Virus record (IMG/VR): IMGVR_UViG_3300048998_000054
Location: 1 to 50,746 of that record
Reading direction: 5' to 3' (one strand)
DNA length: 50,746 nt
Source: a virus
Taxonomy: Duplodnaviria > Caudoviricetes
A program made the translations under genes and the position numbers. This document shows, one piece after another, positions 27,288 through 35,468 of this stretch (position 1 is its first letter; each line of letters opens with the position of its first letter). Under the pieces are notes generated by a model, which made no database searches, had not been told where the DNA came from, and worked only from the letters and a program-made list of their open reading frames with translations.

Positions 27288-27926
27288 ATGTACGCCGAAT
27301 ATTACCGCAGCCCAGAGCGGTTCCTCAACGTATTCTTTCTAGACGATGACCCTGTCGTGAGCGCGCAAGCTCTCTGCGACAGCCACGTCAGCAAGAGTAT
27401 TGTCGAGGCCGCTCAGGTGCTGTCTACTGTTTGGCACACGCAGGTTAGTGCGAACATGGATGCACAGTGGGTGCGCGCAGTAGAGCTTGACTGGCACATT
27501 CCTACGCCGGGCAGCCCTTACAGAGAACTCAAGTGGCTGCAAGCCCGGCTGTGTGGGCAGCGTATATACCGGCCAAACCATGAGCGGCATCCTTGCGTTG
27601 CATGGGCGTCGCTGTATGGCGGCAATTACGCGTGGCTGTATGCGCTGGGCTGCGCGCTGCTGGTGGAGTTCACTTACCGCACGGAGCGCATCCATGCCTG
27701 CACACCAGTATTACGGGCGCTGGAGCTCATGCCGCCAACACTGCTACCAACCGTTGACAAATACTGTGATGCACCCGCTGTTATGAGCAGCGATTTTATC
27801 ATCAGTGAAGATGCGGCCACTAACTACAAGAACTATTATCGTAAATCCAAGGTGATGTCTCTACAGTACACCCGCAGAGCGCCGCCTAAGTGGATTGCCG
27901 ATGTAGCCATTTACAAGGAGCAGTAA
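27288..27926 (+). CDS. Pyrimidine-dimer DNA glycosylase / endonuclease V family protein
   Basis: NVFFLDDDP..A..LCDSHVSKSIVEAAQVLST, YRPNHERHPC..W...NYAWLY, YKNYY, RRAPPKW. Confidence 0.78.
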   Translation: MYAEYYRSPERFLNVFFLDDDPVVSAQALCDSHVSKSIVEAAQVLSTVWHTQVSANMDAQWVRAVELDWHIPTPGSPYRELKWLQARLCGQRIYRPNHERHPCVAWASLYGGNYAWLYALGCALLVEFTYRTERIHACTPVLRALELMPPTLLPTVDKYCDAPAVMSSDFIISEDAATNYKNYYRKSKVMSLQYTRRAPPKWIADVAIYKEQ

Positions 27927-28168
27927 TGGTAAAAGCTTCAACGCCGGTGTACATTATTGGCCGGGTGACGGCGGTCACAAGACGCGAGGTGACCATCCGA
28001 GCAAAAGACCGGCACGATAAACTGCGTGACACCAAGCTGGACACGGCGCATTGCAGCGCACTAAACCTTTCCGTTGATGAGCAGCCCATACAGGTGCCGC
28101 AATGGTGGGCGCATCAAAACAAAATTCCTTTCACACAACAACCACGGGAGCAGCAAAATGAATCTTGA
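27926..28168 (+). CDS. Hypothetical protein
   Basis: AAGGAG RBS; TAATG coupling. Confidence 0.6.
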   Translation: MVKASTPVYIIGRVTAVTRREVTIRAKDRHDKLRDTKLDTAHCSALNLSVDEQPIQVPQWWAHQNKIPFTQQPREQQNES

Positions 28169-28955
28169 ACAATACCAACCCCTCGCCATGCGCACAGCCA
28201 AACGTATGGAGCCTATGCAGATGTTGCTGCACGGCGCTATGGGCTGCGGCAGTGAAGCAGGCGAATTGGCCGAAACAACTTTGAAGTTCGCGTTGAAGGG
28301 CATTTTTGACCGCACGAACACCGTGGAAGAAATCGGCGATGGCGTGTGGTTTGTCACTTACATCGCGGAAACGCTGGGCATGCAGATCGCCGACACCGCA
28401 CGCGGCTTGAAAGCACCGCCATTGGTGCGCGAATTGCGGGTGCCCGCCTCCGCACATGAGGCAGTTGCCGCCACGCTGACATACAACGCCACGGGCGCGC
28501 AAATTCTCACCATTATCAAAGCCCACGTGTTCTACGGTAAGGCGCTGGACTTAATGGCCCTGGAGCAGGCGCTGCGCGGTTACGTGGCGGCCATTTACTT
28601 CTGCTGCGAAGCGTTCAACGTGAACATCACAGAAGTGCTGGAGCACAACATCGCCAAGCTGCGCAAACGCTACGCCGAAAAATACAGCGACGTGGCCGCC
28701 ATTACACGGGCGGATAAGATCGACGATAATTCTCCATCAGAATTGGACATCGACCCAGCTACTCACCCATCTTACAACGTTCATAATCATGCTCTAGCTG
28801 ATGGCGGCGCAGGGCCAACCGGTACTTACGTAGGCTTAACTGAGGCCACAAGCAAGGAAGCCGACGAACGTTTGTTTGCGGCAGGCCGTGCGCTGTATGA
28901 CGCAGAGCGCGCAGCCGAAGACACAATGGCCCGTAACCAAGGCCGGGCAGAATAA
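28158..28955 (+). CDS. MazG-like NTP pyrophosphohydrolase
   Basis: YQPLAMRTA, GCGSEAGELAE, EEIGDGVWF, NIAKLRKRY. Confidence 0.82.
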   Translation: MNLEQYQPLAMRTAKRMEPMQMLLHGAMGCGSEAGELAETTLKFALKGIFDRTNTVEEIGDGVWFVTYIAETLGMQIADTARGLKAPPLVRELRVPASAHEAVAATLTYNATGAQILTIIKAHVFYGKALDLMALEQALRGYVAAIYFCCEAFNVNITEVLEHNIAKLRKRYAEKYSDVAAITRADKIDDNSPSELDIDPATHPSYNVHNHALADGGAGPTGTYVGLTEATSKEADERLFAAGRALYDAERAAEDTMARNQGRAE

Positions 28956-28961
28956 GTTTCA

Positions 28962-28998
28962 CTCGGCCACGGAGAGCCGAGCAATTAAATATCTCCGT
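28962..28998 (+). promoter_or_regulatory. H-type RNA pseudoknot in the leader of the probable SSB gene
   Basis: S1 CTCGGC(28962-67)/GCCGAG(28976-81); 1-nt loop; S2 ACGGAGA(28969-75)/TCTCCGT(28992-98); A-rich 10-nt loop. Confidence 0.7.
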
Positions 28999-29037
28999 AC
29001 CCTCTCGTCCACAAGTCCACTATTTTGGAGAATCAAA

Positions 29038-29904
29038 ATGGCAACAGCAGCAAAGAAAGTAGCAGTAAAACCAGCCGCAAAAACACCGCCTAAAAAGCCC
29101 GGCACCGCACTCACCCTGTGGGAACAGGAAATGGCTGAGGCAGCCGTAAGCCAAGGTTCCAAGGAAAAGAACACTGGCGGGGCCAAGGCAATTTCGGTGC
29201 GCGGCGGTGTTCTGTCCGTGGACGGTAACGAAATTGATGGTAACGAGCTCCGCGTCATTGTACTCGCCAGCGTGTATGAAAATATGATGTACGGCGGCGA
29301 CTTTGACCCTGACACTCCTACCAGCCCAGTTTGCTACGCCTTCAGTGAAGACGGCGGTGACGACATGGCCCCGCATGCAGAAGCTCCGGAAAAGGTGAAC
29401 GACACCTGCCTCGGCTGCCCTAATAACGAATGGGGCAGCGCTGACAAGGGCCGTGGCAAAGCGTGCAAGAATGTGCGCCGCCTGATGCTCATCACAGAAG
29501 ACGCTCTGGAAGATGGTGCATCTATAAAGGATGCAGAAATGCGCATCCTGAAACTGCCGGTCACCAGCGTCAAAAACTGGACGAACTATGTCAAGAGTAC
29601 TCTGGCAGAAGACGTCAAGCGGCCAAGCTGGGGCGTCGTCACCACCATCAAAGTTAAGAACGATGCAAAGACTCAATTCAAAGTGAACTTTGAATTTGAA
29701 GAACTCATCGAATTTAACGATGAAACTTTTGCCGCCTTGAAGAAGAAAGTCAAGGAAGCAGAAAGCAACATTGCATCAGCTTACCCGGTGTTTGAAGAAG
29801 AGGAAAAACCAGCAAAAGGCCGCAAGGTTATTCCTATCAAAAACCAGCGCGTTGCGGCCAAGCCTGCTGCCAAGGCAGCCGTAAAAGGCAAGGGCAAGTA
29901 CTAA
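29038..29904 (+). CDS. Probable single-stranded DNA-binding protein
   Basis: 288 aa upstream of PolA; PVCYAF..CLGCPNNEWGS..GKACKN, LKLPVTSVKNW; Lys/Ala-rich tails; GGAG RBS. Confidence 0.6.
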   Translation: MATAAKKVAVKPAAKTPPKKPGTALTLWEQEMAEAAVSQGSKEKNTGGAKAISVRGGVLSVDGNEIDGNELRVIVLASVYENMMYGGDFDPDTPTSPVCYAFSEDGGDDMAPHAEAPEKVNDTCLGCPNNEWGSADKGRGKACKNVRRLMLITEDALEDGASIKDAEMRILKLPVTSVKNWTNYVKSTLAEDVKRPSWGVVTTIKVKNDAKTQFKVNFEFEELIEFNDETFAALKKKVKEAESNIASAYPVFEEEEKPAKGRKVIPIKNQRVAAKPAAKAAVKGKGKY

Positions 29905-29928
29905 CCCTCACCAACCAAGGAGCAGTAA

Positions 29929-30199
29929 ATGAGTTATTCGTTCAATCTCAAAGCCTCAAACAAAGCGGCCGCAATCCAAGAAGTAGCGGACAAGCTGGAA
30001 GAAGTGGTTGCTACGCAGCCAATTCACGAAGTAGACAAAGCGGCAGTGCAAAAAAGCTGCGGAGTCTTTTATCAGCCTGTTGCCTGATAACGACAGCATG
30101 GGCGTGGCAGTGGGTGTCAGCGGTTACGTGTCGACGGTAAAAGACGAATTGGTCACCGCCAGCTGCACTGTAACGGCGTCACTTTTCACAAAAGAGTAA
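29929..30199 (+). pseudogene. Frameshifted hypothetical gene (extra A in an A6 run)
   Basis: AAGGAG RBS; stops at 30087 as read; deleting one A at 30050-30055 gives an 89-aa ORF ending at TAA 30199. Confidence 0.65.
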
Positions 30200-30211
30200 A
30201 TGTTCTAACAG

Positions 30212-30237
30212 GGCCGCGCTAGTACAGGCGGCCTTTC
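30212..30237 (+). terminator. Possible weak terminator
   Basis: GGCCGC-N10-GCGGCC followed by TTTC. Confidence 0.35.
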
Positions 30238-30251
30238 TACTGGGAGCGTAA

Positions 30252-30476
30252 ATGAATGAGCAGATGACATGGGCTGAGCTTAACAGCACCATCATGGAAA
30301 TGAACGAAGAGCAAGTGCTTAAGCTGCTTCAGGAAGAAGCCACGGCAGAGAATATTCGTTTCGCTTGGATGTTCCGGCTGCACTCTCGTTACAATGTGCT
30401 GCGCGTCAACCGCGAACGCATTGAGCTGTCCAACGGTCAATTCAAAATACAGGGAGCCGTAGATGGCAAAAATTAA
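30252..30476 (+). CDS. Hypothetical protein upstream of the polymerase
   Basis: GGGAG RBS; 74-aa helical ORF. Confidence 0.7.
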   Translation: MNEQMTWAELNSTIMEMNEEQVLKLLQEEATAENIRFAWMFRLHSRYNVLRVNRERIELSNGQFKIQGAVDGKN

Positions 30477-32406
30477 CCCTATAGGGCTGGACTTTGAAAC
30501 AGACCCTATCCGCAACCGGCCCAATTACCCGCCAAAGCCAGTGAGCTTTAGCCTGCAGATGCCCGGCGAACGCAAACCAACATTCTATAGCTGGGGCCAC
30601 TACACTGGCGGCAACAATTGCAGCTTGAAGGATGCCACCAGAATTCTCAAAGCGGCCTACAAGGAAGCCTCCCCAGAAACCCCTATACTGTGCCAGAACG
30701 GCAAGTTCGACTGGGACGTGGCAGAGACTCATATGGGCCTTGCGCTGCCCAGCTGGGAGAAAACACACGACACTATGTTCCTGCTGTTCTTGGATGACCC
30801 GCACCAGCGTGAGCTCAGTCTTAAGCCCAGCGCGGAACGTTACTTAGGCATGAAGCCCGAAGAGCAGGATGCCGTAAAGGACTGGCTGTTGCAGCACAAG
30901 AAGCAGCTGGAACATGACTTCCCAGAAATTGTGGAGTGGTTTGGCGGCATCAAACCATCCAACGCCGGGGCATTTATCGCCTACGCGCCGGGCAACATTG
31001 TGCAGCCCTATGCAGACGGCGACGTTATTCGTACGGTTAAGCTGTTCAACAAGCTGCACCCTATTGTGGTAGGTAAGCGCGGCATGGGCGAGGCCTACGA
31101 CCGCGAGCGCCGGTTGCTGCCTATCCTGCTGCGTAACGAGCGTGAAGGCATACGCGTAGACACCAAATCGCTGGAGCGCGACCAGCCCCTGTTTGAAGCA
31201 GCGCAGGCCAAAACGGATGCATGGATACGCAAGGCGCTTAAAACGCCGGGCCTTGACCTTGACAAAGATGCAGAAGTGGCGGCAGCGTTTGAGAAGAACG
31301 ACTCCCTAAGCGAATGGACTTTGACGCCAACCGGGCGCAAGTCTGTCAGCAAAAAGAACATGAAGATTAGCCACTTCCGTGACCGCAAGTTGGCAGCCGC
31401 CTACAGCTATCGGCAGAAGTGCGCAACCATTCTGGAAACGTTTATCCGTCCTTGGCAGCGCTTTACCACAGACGGCTGGATGCACACGACATGGAACCAA
31501 GTGCGGCAACCAAAGGGCAGCGACAGCGGCGGCACCCGTACAGGGCGGCCAAGCACCAGCAACCCTAACTTCCTGAACATGCCCCGTAACATGAAGGACG
31601 TTGACGAGATGGGCGGCTTCATTATGCCGACGCATATCAGCGGGCTGCCAACCATGCCACGCATCCGCAGTTACATTCTGCCGGACACGCCAAAGCACGT
31701 TATTGGCCGCCGAGATTATAACCAGCAAGAGTTGCGCGTGCTGGCCCACTTTGAAGATGGCCTGCTGCTGGACGCCTACCTGCAGAACCCACGGCTAGAC
31801 GTACATGAGTTTGTGCGTGAGCTTATCCAAGACATGACCAGCCTCGACCCCGGCCGCTCATTTACCAAGACCTTGAACTTCGGTTACATTTACGGCCAAG
31901 GCCTCGGCAGCTTGGCAGAGAAGATGGAGCAGACAGTAGATTACGTTAAGCGCTTACGGGCAGCGCAGATGAGCGCCTTGCCGGGCTTCAAGTCTCTGAA
32001 TGATGGCGTCAAGAAAATTGGCAAGAGCGGCGACTTTATTACGACGTGGGGCGGCCGCCAATATTTCCAAGAGCCAAGCGCGCTGATTAATGGCCGCATG
32101 GTGGAGTTCTCCTACAAGCTGCTCAACTACCTTATCCAAGGCAGCGCGGCGGACATTACCAAGGAGGCGCTCATACGGTACGATGGCGTGCGCAAGGAAG
32201 GCCGCCTGATGGTAACGGTGTACGATGAGATTGATATCTCAGTACCGAAGGGCGCGCTCAAGAGTGAAATGCTGTTGTTGCGTGACGCCATGATGTCCAT
32301 CGACTTAGACGTCCCCCTTATGAGTGACGGCGAATGGGGCGTCAATCTCGGCAACTTGGCGGTGCTCAAGGAACCTAAACCTAACTTAACGAAGTGGGGC
32401 CTGTAA
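30463..32406 (+). CDS. DNA polymerase family A with 3'-5' exonuclease
   Basis: DFET and NGKFD exonuclease motifs; TRTGRPSTSNPNFLN; DYNQQELR (A); KTLNFGYIYG (B); IQGSAADITK; VYDEI (C). Confidence 0.95.
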   Translation: MAKINPIGLDFETDPIRNRPNYPPKPVSFSLQMPGERKPTFYSWGHYTGGNNCSLKDATRILKAAYKEASPETPILCQNGKFDWDVAETHMGLALPSWEKTHDTMFLLFLDDPHQRELSLKPSAERYLGMKPEEQDAVKDWLLQHKKQLEHDFPEIVEWFGGIKPSNAGAFIAYAPGNIVQPYADGDVIRTVKLFNKLHPIVVGKRGMGEAYDRERRLLPILLRNEREGIRVDTKSLERDQPLFEAAQAKTDAWIRKALKTPGLDLDKDAEVAAAFEKNDSLSEWTLTPTGRKSVSKKNMKISHFRDRKLAAAYSYRQKCATILETFIRPWQRFTTDGWMHTTWNQVRQPKGSDSGGTRTGRPSTSNPNFLNMPRNMKDVDEMGGFIMPTHISGLPTMPRIRSYILPDTPKHVIGRRDYNQQELRVLAHFEDGLLLDAYLQNPRLDVHEFVRELIQDMTSLDPGRSFTKTLNFGYIYGQGLGSLAEKMEQTVDYVKRLRAAQMSALPGFKSLNDGVKKIGKSGDFITTWGGRQYFQEPSALINGRMVEFSYKLLNYLIQGSAADITKEALIRYDGVRKEGRLMVTVYDEIDISVPKGALKSEMLLLRDAMMSIDLDVPLMSDGEWGVNLGNLAVLKEPKPNLTKWGL

Positions 32407-33122
32407 TGGTAACGCGCAAAGTAATACCGATTAAGCAAATACAGGGCTGGTCTTTCAGTCGCTACAATGCCTACAAGGAGTGCCCGCTTAAAGCCAAGTA
32501 TAAGTTCGTAGACAAGCTGAAGGAGCCGGGCAGCACCGCCATGGAGCGCGGCAACGCTATCCACAAACTGGCAGAGGACTATACCAAAGGGCTGCTTAAG
32601 AAGCTGCCAGTTGAGCTGCAATTGTTCAAGGAAGAGTTTGCCGACCTCAAGAAGCAGAAGGTAAAGTTTGTCGAAGAGCAGTGGACCTTCAAAGCAGATT
32701 GGGCGCAAACCGCTTGGAATGATTGGAACGGGGCGTGGCTGCGCATTAAGACAGACGTCTCCTACATCAACACGGCCCATAACGCGCTGGTAGTAATTGA
32801 CCACAAGACCGGCAAGTACAGCGAGCGCAAGTTTGCAGAGTACGAAGAGCAGCTGGAACTCTACGGGCTGGCAGGGCTCAAACAGTTCCCCACAGTGGAC
32901 GTGGTGTCGCCACGGCTGTGGTATTTGGACCACGGCATTATTCACCCAAGCCCTGACCAGCTGGAGATTGAATATGCCCGTAAGGACGAGGCCTACTTGG
33001 ATAAGAAGTGGCGTGCCAAGGTAAAGCCCATGCTGGCCGACACGACCTTCAAGCCAAAGCCGGGCAACGCCTGCACCTACTGCCATTTTAAGAAGGCCAA
33101 TGGCGGCCCCTGCAAATACTGA
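32406..33122 (+). CDS. PD-(D/E)XK Cas4/RecB-like exonuclease
   Basis: WSFSR..ECP, RGNAIH, VIDHKTGK, QLELY and C-terminal CTYC..C (four-Cys pattern). Confidence 0.88.
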   Translation: MVTRKVIPIKQIQGWSFSRYNAYKECPLKAKYKFVDKLKEPGSTAMERGNAIHKLAEDYTKGLLKKLPVELQLFKEEFADLKKQKVKFVEEQWTFKADWAQTAWNDWNGAWLRIKTDVSYINTAHNALVVIDHKTGKYSERKFAEYEEQLELYGLAGLKQFPTVDVVSPRLWYLDHGIIHPSPDQLEIEYARKDEAYLDKKWRAKVKPMLADTTFKPKPGNACTYCHFKKANGGPCKY

Positions 33123-33132
33123 GGATTACATC

Positions 33133-33276
33133 ATGTTCATATTCTGGATTAAATTCATCGCTATTTCTTTTGGTACAGGCGCGGGGCTTCTGGCGCTGTT
33201 GCTGCGGCCTAACCCTTACTGCCTAACGCTGACGTTGCTGGGCGTTATTTTCGTGTTGATAGGGCTGCTGTTATGA
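33133..33276 (+). CDS. Small two-helix membrane protein (47 aa)
   Basis: GAGGA RBS; manual translation MFIFWIKFIAISFGTGAGLLALLL; ATGA coupled. Confidence 0.5.
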   Translation: MFIFWIKFIAISFGTGAGLLALLLRPNPYCLTLTLLGVIFVLIGLLL

Positions 33277-33632
33277 GGCGCATCGCATCCAAAGGCTGGT
33301 GGCGGCGCTGGGTAATTGGCGCAGGCGGCTTTACAGGCTCTGTAATTCTGGAAGCCGTAGAGGACGCCGACCTAGCCCTTACCCCGCGCTGTGCGCTGCT
33401 AACTGAACTCTACGTGCATCCATTGCGCCGGGGCCAAGGCTGGGCCGCCACACTCATGCAGACAGCCTTTAAGTACGCGGACTCTAACGGGTTAGACCTC
33501 GTTACGTACGCCTCTCCGTTTGGCGTGCGGGGTATGTCTAAGAAGAAACTGCAGGAGTTCTACCTGCGCATGGGGTTCCAGTTTGCTAATGGCGGTGAAA
33601 CTATGGTGCGCTATGCCAAAGCTAGAAATTGA
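33273..33632 (+). CDS. GNAT family acetyltransferase
   Basis: LYVHPLRRGQGWA acetyl-CoA motif and FYLRMGF. Confidence 0.8.
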   Translation: MRRIASKGWWRRWVIGAGGFTGSVILEAVEDADLALTPRCALLTELYVHPLRRGQGWAATLMQTAFKYADSNGLDLVTYASPFGVRGMSKKKLQEFYLRMGFQFANGGETMVRYAKARN

Positions 33633-33978
33633 AATTGAAGTTGAAGCCTGCGAGCTGGCCCTGGAGCTTGGCGTCACGAACGTAAAGATGAAAGCCGCTG
33701 GCGTAAATGGCTACCCAGATCGGCAGTTCTTTATACCGGGCGGCAGGCCGCTCTTTATTGAATTCAAACGCCCTGACGAGCCTACCAGCGCAGGGCAAGA
33801 CGTTATTATTACGAGGTTAAGGTACTATGGCTACCAAGTTGAAATCTGCGACACCGTTGAAGAAGCCGTCACGTTTATCAAAGCAGCGCTGGACGCCGCA
33901 CGGTTATCAAAAGAAAGCCGTGAAATTCTTACTAGAGCACGACGAAGCTGCTCTCTTCTTAGACCCCGGCCTCGGTAA
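33613..33978 (+). CDS. VRR-NUC domain nuclease
   Basis: GYPDR...FIEFKRP...Q motifs; adjacent to the SNF2 helicase. Confidence 0.85.
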   Translation: MPKLEIEIEVEACELALELGVTNVKMKAAGVNGYPDRQFFIPGGRPLFIEFKRPDEPTSAGQDVIITRLRYYGYQVEICDTVEEAVTFIKAALDAARLSKESREILTRARRSCSLLRPRPR

Positions 33979-35377
33979 GACCAGCATTACCTACGCAGCC
34001 CTGAAGATTTTAAAGCAGAAGGGCATGTTCAAGGGGGCTCTGGTGCTGGCCCCTTTGCGCCCGGTGTATTCTGTATGGCCCAAAGAACGTGAAAAGTGGG
34101 AAGATTTTGAAGGCTTCTCAGTAGGTATATTGCATGACGACAATAAAGATGCTGTGCTGGCAGAGCATCACGACATTTATGTAATGAACTTCGAAGGTAT
34201 AGAGTGGCTGTTCGGCACACCTGAGCCTAATTACCGCTCCATGAAGAACGCTGAAGAAAAAGCTATGGCGAAGCTTAAATGGCAGATTGAAATGAAGGCC
34301 GTTAAGGAGCGCTTGAAGTTGCTATTTAGTAAGGTGGACGTGCTGGTGATTGACGAGCTGTCCAAGTTCAAACACGCTGATACAAAACGCTTCAAGGCCA
34401 TTAAGGGTTATCTGGGTAAATTTGCCCGGCGCTGGGGGCTCACTGGCAGCCCGGCACCTAATGGCCTGCTGGACTTGTTTGGGCAGTGCTACGTGCTTGA
34501 CCTCGGCAGAGCTCTGGGCCAATTTATCACGCATTACCGCAACAAGTATTTCCACGCTACCGGCTATGGCGGGTACACCTGGAAGTTGAACGAAGGGGCT
34601 GACAAGCTAATCTACAAAGCCGTCAAGCCGCTGGCGCTGCGCATGGACGCCGACGATTACATCAAAATGCCCGCCATTATACCCGTGCCGATATATGTAG
34701 AGCTGCCCCCCGCTGCAAGAAAAATGTACGACGAGATGGAGGACGAGTTCTTTTCCGTGCTGGAAGGCAGCAGCTTTAACGCGGTCAGCGCTGCCAGCGC
34801 AGGCATAAAGTGTGAGCAGATCGCCAATGGGGCCATCTACATGGACAAGGTAGACATACTCACCGGCATACCGGTTAAGGGCAAACGTGAGTGGCAGCAG
34901 GTACACACCACCAAGTTGGAAGCGCTGAAGGAATTAGTTGAGGAGTTGCAGGGCAGCCCACTGTTATGCGCTTACCACTTTGGGCATGACCTTGCGCGCA
35001 TTGTGAAGACCCTCGGCAAGGACACGCCGCACATGGCCGTATCCGCTAAAGAGGGGCAGAAGCTGTTTGATAAGTGGAACCGCAATGAGTTAGATTACTT
35101 GTTCTGTCACCCGGCTAGTGTGGGGCATGGCAGCAATTTGCAAGAGGGCGGCGCACACCACGCAGGGTTCTTCCACGTACCTTACGACTTTGAACTGTAC
35201 GATCAATTTATTCGGCGGCTGCGGCGGCAGGGCAACAACGCCCCTCGGGTGTTCGTGTACCATATGATCGCTAGAAATACAGTGGACGAAGCGAAAATGC
35301 GGGCCATAAACAACAAGGGGAAGGGGCAGAAAAACTTCCTCGACGCCTTACGAACGTACAGAAAACAACGATCGTGA
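33827..35377 (+). CDS. SNF2-family DNA helicase
   Basis: LDPGLGKT, VIDELS, GLTGSP, HPASVGHGSNLQ, QFIRRLRRQG. Confidence 0.92.
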   Translation: MATKLKSATPLKKPSRLSKQRWTPHGYQKKAVKFLLEHDEAALFLDPGLGKTSITYAALKILKQKGMFKGALVLAPLRPVYSVWPKEREKWEDFEGFSVGILHDDNKDAVLAEHHDIYVMNFEGIEWLFGTPEPNYRSMKNAEEKAMAKLKWQIEMKAVKERLKLLFSKVDVLVIDELSKFKHADTKRFKAIKGYLGKFARRWGLTGSPAPNGLLDLFGQCYVLDLGRALGQFITHYRNKYFHATGYGGYTWKLNEGADKLIYKAVKPLALRMDADDYIKMPAIIPVPIYVELPPAARKMYDEMEDEFFSVLEGSSFNAVSAASAGIKCEQIANGAIYMDKVDILTGIPVKGKREWQQVHTTKLEALKELVEELQGSPLLCAYHFGHDLARIVKTLGKDTPHMAVSAKEGQKLFDKWNRNELDYLFCHPASVGHGSNLQEGGAHHAGFFHVPYDFELYDQFIRRLRRQGNNAPRVFVYHMIARNTVDEAKMRAINNKGKGQKNFLDALRTYRKQRS

Positions 35378-35408
35378 AAAATATTTGGAAATATTTTGAC
35401 GAAAGTGC

Positions 35409-35437
35409 TTGCGCTCTTCGAACATCGTGCAAATAAT
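35409..35437 (+). promoter_or_regulatory. Sigma70-like promoter, repeat copy 1
   Basis: TTGCGC-17 nt-AATAAT with an AT-rich UP-like region. Confidence 0.65.
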
Positions 35438-35468
35438 TCGTTCATCAACAACGCAACGGAGAAACGAA

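Noticed and set aside
28953-28998. Pseudoknot as a readthrough or -1 frameshift signal for the MazG stop
   Set aside because: Readthrough meets another TAA after ten sense codons, there is no slippery heptamer, and the next gene is in the +1 frame.
32406-33122. Cas4-like nuclease as evidence of CRISPR-Cas
   Set aside because: No repeat-spacer array or other cas genes were seen; solo Cas4-like nucleases are common in phage replication modules.
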